Shown here piece after piece: positions 49,262-63,420 of a stretch of DNA of 64,000 bases (the stretch's first letter is position 1; every line of letters starts with the position of its first letter). Position numbers and translations under genes: made by a program. Origin of the DNA: Bugula neritina (taxonomy: Eukaryota > Animalia > Bryozoa); NCBI GenBank assembly GCA_964035545.1, contig OZ037767.1, forward strand, positions 10,798,581 to 10,862,580, written 5' to 3'. The notes beneath the pieces were generated by a model. That model was given only the letters and a program-made list of their open reading frames with translations. It made no database searches and had not been told where the DNA came from.

Positions 49262-49470
49262 TGTTATTACTTACCCTGTATACTCTACACTTACTCTGCA
49301 TACTCTATACTTACCATGTATACTCTGTATGCTCTATACTTACCCTGTACACTCTATACTTACTCTGTATACTATGCACTTACTCTGTATACTCTGTATA
49401 CTCTATACTGTATACTATGTACTTACCCCGTATAATCTATACTTACTCTGTATATTCTATATTTGCTTAC
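49262..49470. repeat. Minisatellite of about 20 bp (TACTTACTCTGTATACTCTA)
   Basis: Eight ACTTAC cores at roughly 20-bp spacing, just after the 49229 donor. Confidence 0.9.
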
Positions 49471-50779
49471 TTGAACAGTAAAATGTTTATTTTTTAAAAA
49501 AGTAAATTTTCTATAAACTCTCCCCAATACACTAACAGCGTAACTTTTTATTTGCAAATTAATTAAATATTCACATCACACTTGGTTCAGTACAGCTATT
49601 GCTTGGGGTGTTAAACAGAGTGTATATGACATACCATATATGTCACATCCACTTTCTGCACACTTTGCTTAGCATTTATGTTTCCAGGCTGCAGTTATAA
49701 TCTTACATAATTAGCATATAAAATCAAGTGAAGTCATACATAATAGAAATGCGAAAATACTCCTACCTGTTTCATTGGCCAACTGAATAATTAGTTACGT
49801 CTTGCACATACACATATTTTAAATTAATTATTGACGTACATCACTGGAACGAGAGCCAACTTTCGCATCTAGGGTTCGGTTGGAGCTACAAATGCTGGTG
49901 GGCTGCTTCATCTGCGCCCTTTATTGTATTTACTGAACCCAGTCTAATTCCTCGTACTAGTCAAGTTTGTGGCAGATCAGGTTGTTCCTGTTATGATTAA
50001 AGCTAACTTCCTATTAACTCTGGGCCCATTACACTGTCAAACTGGTAATACTGCCTAATTGGTGTGAATCAGTGAAAAAGACTTGACAAAGTCAAAGACT
50101 AAAGGAGAAAGCTTGTGGTTTTCTGGAATAATTTTTATTAGCATTTCACTCGCTCACCAAACTTTCTTTAATCTTATGTCACCAAAAACATTGCCTTTGT
50201 ATGCATATGAGTTTATTTATTAATTAATTACAGCCGATGATGTTAACTGCTGTTACTTAGTCCAAAAATAGGGCTGGGTATAGCAGGTGCAACCACATCA
50301 ATCCTTAGGGGCACATCAACTGCTCCACTTCATTCTGAGAACATGGCGATGATGCACCCTACTTTTTGTTCTGCTTGCTCAGTTTTAACCAAAATTTCTG
50401 TTTAAAATTCTATTGTTTATTGTTTATGAGTTTCAGCATAAAATCATGCTTTGTTCATGCTTTGTATGTGTTTATTGCTCAACCCTCTCAAATTAATATT
50501 CAGAATTTGACTTTCTCGGTTCTTAGAGTTTATAATCATTTCTTTGTATTTTTCTGGTGGTGTCTGCATGACCGCCGGGTTCATAAATTGAGATGACATA
50601 ACCTCAAGTCTCTCTGTGACTGCTAAACTCCTATAACTTTAATTTTGAATTATCTTATCCATTTATTTCATCCTAAAATCAAACTTGAGAGCCAATGTAA
50701 GGACAAAGATTTTGAGCTGAAAAAATGAAAGAAGCTGATTTGGTGACTAAATGACTGAGTTCCATCACTTTTTATGTAG

Positions 50780-53700
50780 ATGACTTCTGAGACCGAGCTC
50801 CATACCGCCCTGCTGCCGTCACACAGCACTGATGAAACCCCTGCTAGTGCTGACACGACTATAAACACTCACATTGTCAGCCCCTACCTTCAAATGCCAC
50901 ATTCCTACACTCAATGGATTGGAAACCCTAACATCCAACAAGGTAATGAGTGCAGCCCAGTATTGTCACAACAGTAATGTCACAGTATTGTCACAACAGT
51001 AATGTCACAGTATTGTCACAACAGTAATGTCACAGTATTGTCACAACAGTAATGTCACAGTATTGTCACAACAGTAATGTCACAGTATTGTCACAACATT
51101 GTCACATCAATATCACAGTATATACACAGTTATAATGTCACTGTTGTAATTAACTTGATAGGTTAGTAGACGTTTTTTCCATTTGCTGAGAAAGGCTTCA
51201 AATCTCACTTTTTTAAATTCTAATTTAGAATGTAAACTAAATAATATATTACATATTATATTATATATGGTACACAGTTTATATACAGTTATATATTATC
51301 GATAGCTTGTGTATATTATGCTTAGTTGTTTTATGTTATATTATATATATATATATGTATATATAGTTGCATATTATGCATAGCTGTATCATGTATAGTG
51401 TGCTATACTACCACTGCTATACTTCTACCAAACTACCAATTTCTTCCATCATCCACAATTAAATTAAATTTCTGAGGCAAATTTGTGATATTATTTTGAA
51501 TGATAGTGTTTTAACAGCTTCAAAGTTCCTCTACATTAGACAAACTAAATAATTATTGTTACCGCCTTTTAATTAGCCAGTGGGCCATGACACCCAAGAA
51601 ATTCCTGAAAAGTTGTTTATTACATAAGAGTAATAAATATAATATGTAAATCTGGAGCCTAATCCAGTGAGTAGGGGTTTGTGGGAACACACAATCAGTA
51701 TATGATAGCTGGGCTACTCTGCCACAAATCTCCATCATCTCTTACATATACAAATAACTCTGTAAATCATTTTTATCCAACCTTCCTGTCTAAGGAATTA
51801 GGAAATTTCGCTAGAAAACCAACTCTCATTGGTCGATGAGCAAAGTTTTTGGTGTACTTTATCATAAGATTTGGTGTAGTTAACTGGTATTTGATGTGTG
51901 TGACTGTATTATTATTGTTATTAATATTCTCCAGCCTAACCAAGTTTATGTTTAACCAATTTCAAGCTCATGGTTCGTTGGCCAGCTTCTCTTGCAGTCT
52001 CTTTTATGTTGGAGGTTATAATCTTTATTGCAGTTTGCCCTTTGCTCAGCTAGTAATGTTTGAAAACTAGTCGAGAAGGTGTATTATGAAATTTTCTTGC
52101 ATTTACGTTGTTTAACTTCCTTTGCGTTTCCTTACATTTTGCTTCTACCCCAGACCTAGCAGGCACCAGTATCACCACCATGATTGTTACTGTTATACTC
52201 CTTCACAAAATTTACATCAGCAGAACATTATTTCACAGAAAGTTTCCCATCTAATAATCTACCATTATTCAATACTTATTGTCAACAATTATTTAAAACT
52301 CAAATTCATTTTTTAAACCAATTTAAATATTCAATTTACTGGATTTCTACCTTTGCTTAAATTAAGTAGCTGACACTTGTTTATTTCATTCACCAGCCAG
52401 CTCATTGCATAACATGTCATAATACGCTGTGAGGTACAAGATAAATTATGGCTCTTATAAACATGGAATACTTCACAATCCATAAACACACACAATGAAT
52501 CTATTTAAAAGATTGCTTTGGTGATAACGGATTCTATATTAAGCTGAGCTCTTGGATGTAGGCCTACATCAACACTGGTTAGTATCTTCATAGTATATTC
52601 ATAGCCATCCTTTTCTTGTTTGAGGCATGCAACTGGCCCTACAGTCTCTAATTAATTAGTTATAAAGTTACTGGATAATCATTTCTTAGCATGTATGTAT
52701 TTATCACCACTTATGAAACTTTATTTTGGGCTCATCAAATTAATTTGGTTGAATTATGGTTTACCATTAGAACAAAAATAGTGAATAGCCGTGTTGTTGT
52801 TGACTCTATAAATGGCTGCTGGCACCTGACTACATGAACCAACAGCTAGCAAATAGCTGGCTGATTGTTCTCTTTGGTTTGACCTTCGTTTGTCATCTTG
52901 AAATAGAAGTTGTGAAACCCAGTAATTAAAGCAGGCAGTGAGGTTTGTTTGTTGAACTGTCAGTGGCTCAGCCCGCAACCCCAGTTCTTTGTACCTTTGT
53001 GAGAAGACCAACAAATTATGAATACGCCGGAACATTCTAATAAATATTTGGCAGTTTACTCAATCATGAGTTGGCTGGATGTAGTGGCTGGCTTCTTTAC
53101 AGTGAAATCTGCTTAACTAATCAACAGATAGTTCAATCGCAAAACCAATCATTTAATAATAATCAAATCCACAAGTTTTATGGTGGCTGAACACAAGTTG
53201 AATAATGTTTTATATTGAAGAAGCATTTTAAATATGCCAATTTGTTTCGGTGTGTGCATTAACTTTTGATTGTAGTTTATTAAATTAATAATTAAAATAC
53301 GTCTGCACCGTGTTCCCTTGATGACAAATTACACTATATTAGATACACGCTGATACATATTCAATACTGCAATACTTGCCAACTCACTTATTATGCAAAA
53401 CATATTTATACAATATGAATTCAGAAATATATTTGGAACTGTTTCAAAAAGTGAGTTTCATTGTTGAGGCAACATTATTTATAGATACAAAAGATGCCAA
53501 CATGAAAGCTCACCAGAGACAATAACAGACTATTGCTTTATGCTTACTATAATTCCACAAAGATTATAAATCAAAAGAAAATAATTACTTTTATTATAGT
53601 ATATAATATATATATAAAAAAACATTTCCTGAATCCTGAATACTGAAATGTTCTGTGCTTGGCATATGCATGCTACTGTACTTTGTGAGCGTAACACTTA

Positions 53701-56700
53701 CTATCAATTAATGTAATTTTATTACGATATATTATAATACATAATATACTGATAGTTCCGTCAGTTCAAGAATTAGTAGAACTGAAAAAGAAAAATTTCT
53801 TGCTGATAAAAATTTTAGATTTGCAGCGTACTGTTATTATTCCTTCTGTGATTTAAATCTTTTCATCTGAGAAGAAGTAATATGCATTCAAATGCTGACT
53901 TGATGACTTAGAGCACAATGCACTCATGCAACTTTTAGTCAATGTAGACCAATATCCCCCGAGGGAGGGGGGGGGTTGCTCTCTCAATTGCAAATGTGTT
54001 GGTGCTCATATAAACTATGCTATTTGCAACTAAAATATTTGTTTTTGAAAAAATAGTGTTGAGATATTAATAAATCTATAACATTTATTAACATTATACT
54101 GCAGAAAGTTTCATTAGATTTAAAAATTGGCCTACAAATTGTTTATTCATATACATTTGTTGCAAAAACTATGGTAGATAGTAACATTGCAAGCAATAGA
54201 GGTTAGTGTTTGTGTTATACTCTAGACAGTGTGTTACCAAAGCAACAGCAGTATTGGTGCAATAAAGTTGTGTTTGAATTCCACACACCAGAAGTTGCAT
54301 GTCTTGGGAGGTTACAGAGATTTGACAGCCATCAGTGTATAAGATGGAGCATCACCACTGGCTGAGCAATGTTTGTACCGGAGTCATTTCTGTAATTAGC
54401 TTACTTTAAAATAAAGACACTTATTTCATATATTGACAAACAAGAGTCAAATTTCTTAAAAAAAGCACATGGCTGGTGCGGTAACCATGTTAACCGGATC
54501 ATGACCAGTGCTCCAAGGCATTGCACAGCTCACAAAAGGGCTTGTTGATTCGCATCAATGACTTTGTGGTTAGACTGTGCTATTTTTAGAGCTGGGCTCC
54601 GTTGATTTGGTAATTTTAGTGGTTGGTGCTGCACATGTTTCATGCTTGATTGTCTTCGGTATATAAAGGTTTCTCAGCTTTGTGTTGAGTTAATTTGTTG
54701 TTGGAGATATTACTAGCAGGTCTGTTCCTTGCCCATCTGTTTGGATAGTGTACTGCATTTACTGCTCATGTTGAACCATCAGAACAATAACACAATGCAT
54801 TACATGCCTGATCACTGGAGAGATCAATGTAAGTCAACATTCACACTTCTAGGAAATATTGTTGGGTTTTCAACTGGTATCAAAGCCAGAAATATCTTCA
54901 AACGGTGAATCTTATTGTTTATAATAGCCATTTGACAACAGCTTGAAATTCTTACACCTGTAGGGACTTTAATTAGGACTGTAATGAGAAGAACACAGCC
55001 AACTGGCTTCTTAGATATCTGTAGATTATAATTTTCTTTATTTAATGAGTTTGTAGTCCCAGAGAGTTGTTCTGTTCTAAATATCTGAGAATAGTTTAAT
55101 AGTTGTGGATACGATCTCACTCTGATTAATTTTGAACTGTTTTTTTGCAACATCAAAATTGAATATTATTTCAGGTTCAGTCAATATTATCACTCATCTT
55201 TTATTTATCATTTATTTATTAATTTATTGCTTCAATTTTAGTGTTCTGGTATTTTCTATGTTTTTAGTTTTATATTTATATTAGTTTGTTAGAGTAGAAT
55301 AGATCAACATTTTAGGCAGGTAAATTTTCTGGTTGTTTTACTACATAAATTATCAGGCTGTTGTTAAACAGCAGTCATCGTGCTCTTGAAATGAGATTTT
55401 TGCATTGCAAAGGTACAAATGCTATATCAAATAGTAGTAGTATAATATAATCAAGTAGGTTTAACATTTATATCATACAAGTAAGAAAAATTAGTCAGTT
55501 ATAAGGTTAGTAGCCTACTCAGAATAATTGTAATTTTGCAAAAAGGTGGAACAGATTTTTGTTTGAAAGATTCTTCAACAGTCCATTCTGTCAATGTTGC
55601 TGATAGTGATTTAGTTAACTATGTTGTAGTATTGTAAAAGCGTATTATTTTAATTTAGGTGCTGTATGATCTATAATGTAATAATGTATTATGGTTATAA
55701 TGATGTATTTAATCATAGTTCTTAATTTAACTTTTTACTTAGATGAATCATAATGCAGGTAATTTCTCATTAATGTGAAGTTATTAAATAATATTAAACA
55801 GTGAAACTAATGTTTATGTAGGGCCACAGCTAACTGCTAAATTGTTTCTTATTTCAGTAACATTACCGATTTATTATATTATTAGTGCAATAAAAATATA
55901 TCCTAAATATATTGCTTTGCTAAATAATAAATTATTAATGCATTACATTATCAATACATCACATTGTCAATAAATAACAGTATCAATGCAATATCATTAT
56001 CAATGCAATCCCATTGTCAATGCATTGCATTATTATTGCATTACATTATCAATGCATTACATTATCAATACATTACATTATCAGTGATATTTACCATCAT
56101 AATATTGTGTTTGCAGATATGATCCCGTCAGAAGTGCCTATAGAAGAGTCATCTTGCATCAGCATGAAAGTGGAACACGATGAACATTCCAACAACGATG
56201 GCAGCCAGGGGTCGCCTTTGCCAGATGACGACGACGCTGCCTCGGACGGTGTGACTGACAAAAGTTCCCTGGATGACGACAAGAAAGATGGTTCCGGAAA
56301 GAAGCGGAAAAGACGGGTACGGGTGAATATTAAAGCATATCTGCTATTTGCTGAAAAAATTTTATTTAATAATCATTCGTTTTGAATCGATGCAATTTTT
56401 AGGAATAATTCTTTTTTGATTTTCATAAATTTCATGATTTTTAATTAACATATTTTTCTAATTATTGTGACAATTTGTTTAAAATAGTAGATGTATTTTT
56501 ACAGATAGATGTTAATAGTTGTTTGTAAATATTATTCTTTTGATATGGAGCCATATGTGTGCACCATATACACCAGGCACTGTCTTTGTTTGTTCTCTCA
56601 TTTGTCAATTCTAGTTTATTCGTGACAGTGTAAAGTTGTGGCTAATACAAAGGAGTCAATGCTGGCCCCATTGTCAGGCCCAAATGTTTGAAAATTGATT

Positions 56701-58524
56701 ATGCTGATGAGTAATTGAACCCTTATTCCGTCTTTTGTTTATTTGATCTTTTATTGCCGCCATCTTTGCATATAATTTGTCTTAACTGTCAAAATCTGAA
56801 TAATATATTTGTGTAGATTGTAAGGAAATAAATAATTAGATACATGTATGTATACTGTTAGCCAACTGGTACACCTTATCACATTCCAAACACATGTTTT
56901 TGTCAAACTTATGCTAATTTTTCTATTTCTAGGTTCTCTTCTCCAAAGCTCAAACTTATGAGCTAGAGCGAAGATTTCGGCAGCAGAAGTATTTGTCAGC
57001 GCCTGAGAGGGAGCACTTGGCAGGCATCATTAGACTCACACCAACACAGGTCTGTACTTCTTATTTCACTTCTCTTTCATCTTCCTTTTCTGTCTCCTTC
57101 GTGTAGTAAAACAATCGATCTGCCCTGCCTTTGCCCTGGATTCTGGAGCCATAATCAAAATTTTGGGTGTACTCAAAATTAATAAATTTTATTATGAAAT
57201 GTAATAACTATGGTTTCACTTTTTTGATTTGATAATTTATGGCCTTTCTAGATAAGTGATGAGCTTGAATGAACTGAGAATAATAGAATATTTAGGAGTC
57301 CTGTGGTGTTAGATGTGACTTTGTAAAGTGCTATTAACACCAGTGCTGCTACTCTAGTGCAACTGTCTATCTTATATAAGCCTAGTAATTTCTAAGGTCT
57401 TTAACCAAGCATACAATTAAAATATGGGACATTTAATTCAAATTCTTTTCGGCTTATATTTGATAAAGCTAGCTTAAAATAATTTTTTCTACTAAAATTA
57501 TAAGTAATGGAGTGTAGGTGATTATCCCTACACTATCTAATATATATTAGCAATGGAGGCTATGAGGTTGCCCCTACACTATCTACTACATATTAGTAAT
57601 AGAGGATAGGTGGTGGGCTCAAACCGAGTCAATTATTGATGAGTCATTTATGACTGTGTCAACTTTCCCCCCATATTTGGCAAGAGCTGCACATGGCATA
57701 ACCAGATGATGAGTAGAACCATACCCCAGTCTATCTGTCTACCCACTTTAATTACATTCGATACTCTTTAGTTCTGAAGTTACTGGAAATGCAATAACTA
57801 ATTTCACATATTTTATAATTCATATCCCTAATAGGCAGCATAAAATAATCATGTACATTTTAATGTCCCATCATTTAACTTGTAACTTCCATTTTATATT
57901 TTATAATTGAACATGAGGCCTGACAACGCTACACCTTTCTTCCACTGATGTTGCATACCTCCATAAATCATATCACTTATCTTAACAAATATGCTAACTG
58001 TTCTAAGTTCTGATTACCATAATAATAAGAGTGTGACTGTATTTCAGGTGAAGATATGGTTCCAAAATCACAGATATAAAATGAAGAAGTCCCGCTCTGA
58101 CAGCAAAGCCTTTGAAGTATCCTCTCTCTCAGCTCCAAGAAGAGTTCCTGTGCCAGTCTTAGTGCAAGACGGAAAACGCTGCCGCAGCCCGTCAAGCTTC
58201 TATCCGACAGCACCCGAATACAACAGTACAATGGGTCACCACGCGACAGCTTTCACCAGTACGTCAGCCCACAGCATGCACAACAGTCTGATGAATGCGG
58301 CAGCGGCATCACAATATCACGCTGCCAATCCTCACTATCCGGCAGCAGCCGCATACAATCAGTACGTCGCCGCTGACACTCACGACTCATACTTGTCCAA
58401 CAATAACCTCTCAGCAGCCATGTCCCCGTCGGTGCAGACGTCAATGCATGGTGGAGGTCACATGACTAGTTTCTCTTCATATAACCCACAACTGGTACAG
58501 CAGAACTGCAGGTGGCCTTGGTAG
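50780..58524 (+). CDS. NKX2-2: NK2.2/vnd-type homeodomain transcription factor (5' end probably incomplete)
   Basis: Exons 50780-50942, 56117-56316, 56933-57049 and 58048-58524, in frame. Homeodomain KRKRR|[39 protein letters not shown]|[14 protein letters not shown] with Tyr54; NK2-specific domain [16 protein letters not shown]; SYTQW motif; C-terminal WPW. SKAQTY, FRQQ and IRLT favour NK2.2 over NK2.1. Confidence 0.93.
50957..51125. repeat. 25-bp minisatellite (CAGTATTGTCACAACAGTAATGTCA), about 6 copies
   Basis: Starts about 15 nt after the NK2.2 donor at 50942. Confidence 0.95.
55935..56095. repeat. 16-bp degenerate minisatellite (CAATGCATTACATTAT)
   Basis: Ends about 20 nt before the NK2.2 acceptor at 56116. 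Confidence 0.85.
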
Positions 58525-61439
58525 AAATACTTGACTTCTTCTTCTAGTCTCAATCAAAGAATTATTAATTATTTTTATTGTGTGACCAGTATAGCATTTA
58601 TATAGTCAACCAATTATATTCCTTCTTTATGGCTTCAGTTCTTGGATATCGTCATATTGTAATGTTGTACCGTTCTAGTATAGCCCGCTTGTCAGCTTTA
58701 ACTGAAATTCTATATTCCGGGTGTTAATCACAGCTAGCGTGTGATGATCTCTTTTTTCAAAAAAAATTATCTCTGGTTCCCCGCTAGTGCTACAAAAGGT
58801 CCTACATTCCTTTATTTTTGAGCATTCCACAACACATCTGTCTTGTTCTCCATACCACCGCCACAAGACCACATAGAATCTCCATAGCTCAACATATATG
58901 GAGTGTTTTGAATCTCCCCTTCTTTTACAATGTTTCCTTGACCCCTGCCGATGACCTTTTGGTTAAGTTCTTTTGCATCTGAGCAACTTACATTGTGCTT
59001 CTCTTTTATAAATAGGCATGTTTTGTGTTGTATAAAGTTTATGTTAGAGTATTTTGTAAATATTTCTGCCAAAATGGCATTACAATCAAATCTAAATGTA
59101 AATCCTTGATATATTTTCTGTATTTGCATAGTTAGCGAATTAATAATAAAAACATGGAAATATTATGCAATCTGTTATTGTGGTGAAGGTGAGAGATATG
59201 ATTCTCCTGGATGACAGTTTTACCAGCTGACTCAGCTGATATACTCACCATTACCCATAATTCACAGCGAGACACACACTTGCCATTAGTAAAACATTTG
59301 CAGAGAAGCTCAGCTCTTAGGAGATGCTATCTGGTTAAGATTATTCACCATCTCTGCAGGTTTAACATCATTTGTTATGTTTTAAATTAACTGTCAAATT
59401 TAACATAGTTTATTCAATTTAATCTCTGAATACAAAATTGTCAGTTTCAATCCACTGCCAATTTTGGCCTATTTTTCAAGTTAAGAGAATAGAAAATAAC
59501 AGCAGATTACAGTTGCTAACACATGTTGCAAACACCTGAGGACTGACTAATTAATAAAATCAATTTTCAGTTGAGTAAGGAGCAGACATACTTTATATCT
59601 GTGTAGTTTCTAGCTACAGATTGTTGAATTAGCTGTTTCTAAATTTTAAAACATTTAGTCTCATCATAATAACGATCACTTGACATTAACTCTACCTGGT
59701 AATAACTGGAGGTTAATGAGATTGATGCTGGCTCACTGAAGATTATGTGAGAATTAACAACAAATATTTACATCATTTGTAAAATACAATATGCAGTATA
59801 AAGTTATGAAGCATTCATTTAGCCGAGGGTTGCCGAATGCATGTGCGTATGCTCCGTGGGTGACACGACTGTCAGAGACGTAGGAGGTGGACAACTGGTG
59901 ATTCTATCATTTCACTCGAATTAATTAATTGCATATCTTTAAAACATGACAAGGTTATTACTGTGGTGTTTGCCAGAGTATAGAATATTCTATCACCATT
60001 ATAATGTATCCAGCATAATAAGTATAAGAGTGAAAATTAAAATCCTATATTTCTTTTGACACAACTGTTTGAAACTATGTTTAAATTACTTTTTACTATC
60101 AATGTAGATAAGTGTATGCCTAATTGTTACAACAAAAATAATTGTTTCTTACCAGGTGTAGCATCTTATGAAATACTAATAATAATAATAATTAAAAAAT
60201 AATATCTGTACTATATACATAACTCACAATATATTGAAACATTAATCAAAACAATTAAAAATTTTTCTCACAGTAATACAGATATCATGCCAGCATTACA
60301 GCTAAACATACAATTGAAGTTTATGCACTGCTTCATAGCTTCTATTGTTTCATAACTATATAAAGTTAAGCCATAGTTGAGTAAAAGAATTAAAAGTCTC
60401 TACAGAATGAAGATAACAATCAGGTAGCTCCATCTTCATGGGAAGAATGAGGAAAATGTTTGCTGCTTTGATGGGTTTTTCTTTTAAATTTAATTCTTTT
60501 AACCCGTATTTTGGCATTTGATTTCAGCAAGGTAGATGGAATGCATTGTAAAGCTTTGATACAAAGGCTAATCAGAATGCATTATCTCTGGCAATATTAC
60601 TGATAATCATCAGTAATCTGATGATCGTAGAACTTTATTGACTTTTTGATTCCATATTCTAATGTCTAAATGTTTCGTCATTCAGCTAAGGGCTGGAAAG
60701 GTTAGACTATTATATAAATCTCCAATCACCAGAAAACTGAAAACTCTTCTCCTTTCATGATGTCTTTAAACACATGCTCTCAGATCTTGCACTAAGACAT
60801 ACTTTGCGAAATATGCCTGCGCACATGCCTAAAACAAATGAAACGAGAAATATTTTCGAAAAATTTAGTAAATGCTTTGATATGCATCGATTTTATTTGC
60901 TTGACTTGCTTTTTGGCATTTAGCTTTGTAGTTGGAAATTGTCGAAGATGCGCAGATGGTTTAACCTTTGCACTGGATTATGTTATGAAATATTATAGTT
61001 TTTGTTTCAATGTCACCAACATTTTAAGCTTGCATTAGTTTAGGTACTGCCGCTTTTAGCTCCACTTCTGACATGGACTTACACACCCTTTCAGCTCAAA
61101 ATTTTAAAATATTGGTAGCAGAAATTGGCTGTTTTCTATCAGTTGCTCTTTACTACTTGATATACAGATTTATACCAACTTGCATATTTTACTGTGACAT
61201 GTACGCATGTCTATAAAAACACGAAGTTGCAAGCCAGTCTAACGCAAGACCAGCACCTGTCTGTCACCTCACAAATTGACAGGGTTGCCAAGCTGCTAGA
61301 TTTCAGACTATTGAATTTAAATAACTGCAATTATTAGCAACTTTGTTCTCATTAAATTATATGACTTCGGAGTTTAATGCAATTAGATTTTGATGGATGG
61401 AATCTATAACAGCTCACTATGGATTGTCAAGAAATAATT

Positions 61440-61652
61440 GCCATGCCAGTCTGGTCAAACAAGGTTTCCGATGACCATTTCTCGCTCCAGGTGATAGTGA
61501 TTTTTAAAAGGAGAGGCATTGCACTGGTTACTTGGCAGGCTGCAGCTAAAGATGGACCTGTCTGGAAAACTATGATTCGGGAACCTTAACTTAGAACAAT
61601 CGCTGTCGACCCGACAGACTGCTTGTGATATAAATGACAATGGATGGATTGG
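61440..61652 (+). mobile_element. Possible short 3'-terminal LINE remnant
   Basis: FKRRGIALVTWQAAAKDGPVWKTMIREP* resembles the W..A.DR..W C-terminus of RTE-like reverse transcriptases; a short (ATGG)n tail follows. Confidence 0.4.
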
Positions 61653-63039
61653 CAAAAATTTTGGCAATTATTGTTCAGTAACGGTTATCATTTCTAGTGA
61701 ATATGCTTTTGGGCTTCAAACAAGAATTGATAAAACATATTTTATAATAACTTACAACCTGTGCAAGAACAATGCATAGGCCTATACTTAATTTTATTTA
61801 AGCAGCGTAGTTTGGGTAGAAAATGCATATTACAAATTATATTTGCTGTGAACATGTTATACCATTTAGTAAGCTCATAATATTTAAGCCATGGAGCATT
61901 TCCTTTAATGTACTGAGTTCAATAATATACACATAAGTCTAGCTGCAGTCAACATAAGTAATGTTTCTGGAACAATCCACTTGTTTCAGTTCCACTCAAA
62001 ATTGAAATAAACTTGAGAATATAAAAAACCTGCACCACTATTACTAGAGTGCTAGGTGTAAGATCTACTAACACCAGGTATTGGGAGAGAAACCACAAAA
62101 GAAGGGAGTAGCACTGCAATTTTTACTCATTTCACCATCTATTTACAAAAGAATAGGTTTTACAAAAAAGGTTTCCAATGAAGTGCTTCAGCCAGATTGA
62201 AATGCTCCCCCAGCTACTTGCAGCTCATCTATAGTAGCCTCTACAGGTTGTAATTATTTCCCTAAAAATAGGCCTGACTGCAAATAGCTACTTGGGTACT
62301 ATTACAGGATTGACCTTTAACCTTTCGGATGACTCATTTTAGAACAAGTTTCCTAAATGTGTACTTGGTATTTTATTGATATTATTTTTACCAATCTATT
62401 GCTCATGCTATATACTATGCAATGTCAAGACTATTCTGTTTAAATATAGTATTTATTTTTATTGTATTAAAATCTAGTTTACTTGTTAATTACTGTTATT
62501 TTATTTCATACAGTAGCATTACGTTTTGCTAAGTTATACTAATCGTTTGTTATACAGTGTGGAATGTCCACATCTCAATTTTATTATATTTAATGCATGA
62601 TGTATAAAATATATTCATATTTTAGCATGAATATTAATTAATTTTGTTTGCTTACACTTTATAACAATTTATTGTTATAACTTTGTGAAACTATATTGCT
62701 GTCATAAAAATACAGCTTATTATTGTTTTTTCTGCTGCTGCAAAAAAAAACAATACAAAGATTGCCATTTGGAATTATTTTGGATTATCTACTCGTATAA
62801 TGCGTAAAATATTCCTCATGGCTTAAACATGTAAGTCAAGTTTGTTGGGTTGGCTGCCATTACTTGCTAGAATTTCTGTGTCTCATTATTCAGATCTTGT
62901 TCCAACTTTGAGTGCATCTTTATGCAAAGTTTAACAGCCATTTGCGAAATCCATCAGATGTACTTGTTTACAGGGAGGCAAATAAATACCTGCAGATTAA
63001 CCCATCCCAATGTAACATCATAGGAACAGTTAAGTTTAG

Positions 63040-63420
63040 ACAGTATAATATAATGTAGTATCATTTTATATAATAACATTTATTATGGTAGAATATAGCA
63101 TAACAATATATAATATAATATAAAATAATATAGTATACATTACTCTATAATAAAGTAGAATGCAATATAGCACAGTATTATACATTATAGTGCAATAAAT
63201 ATAATACAGTGTTTTAAAATATTATATAACATATACATTGTATTATAATATAATATAACATAATATAATACACAATGGTACAAGACAATACAATATAACA
63301 CAAAATTATGTATTATAGTACAATAAATGTAATATAACACAACACAATAAAGGCAATATAATAAAATATAGTTTTATGCAACTTATTATTATATAACATA
63401 TTACAATGTGTGTAATACTG
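63040..63420. repeat. AT-rich low-complexity (TATAA/CATAA) tract
   Basis: Seen directly. Confidence 0.8.
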
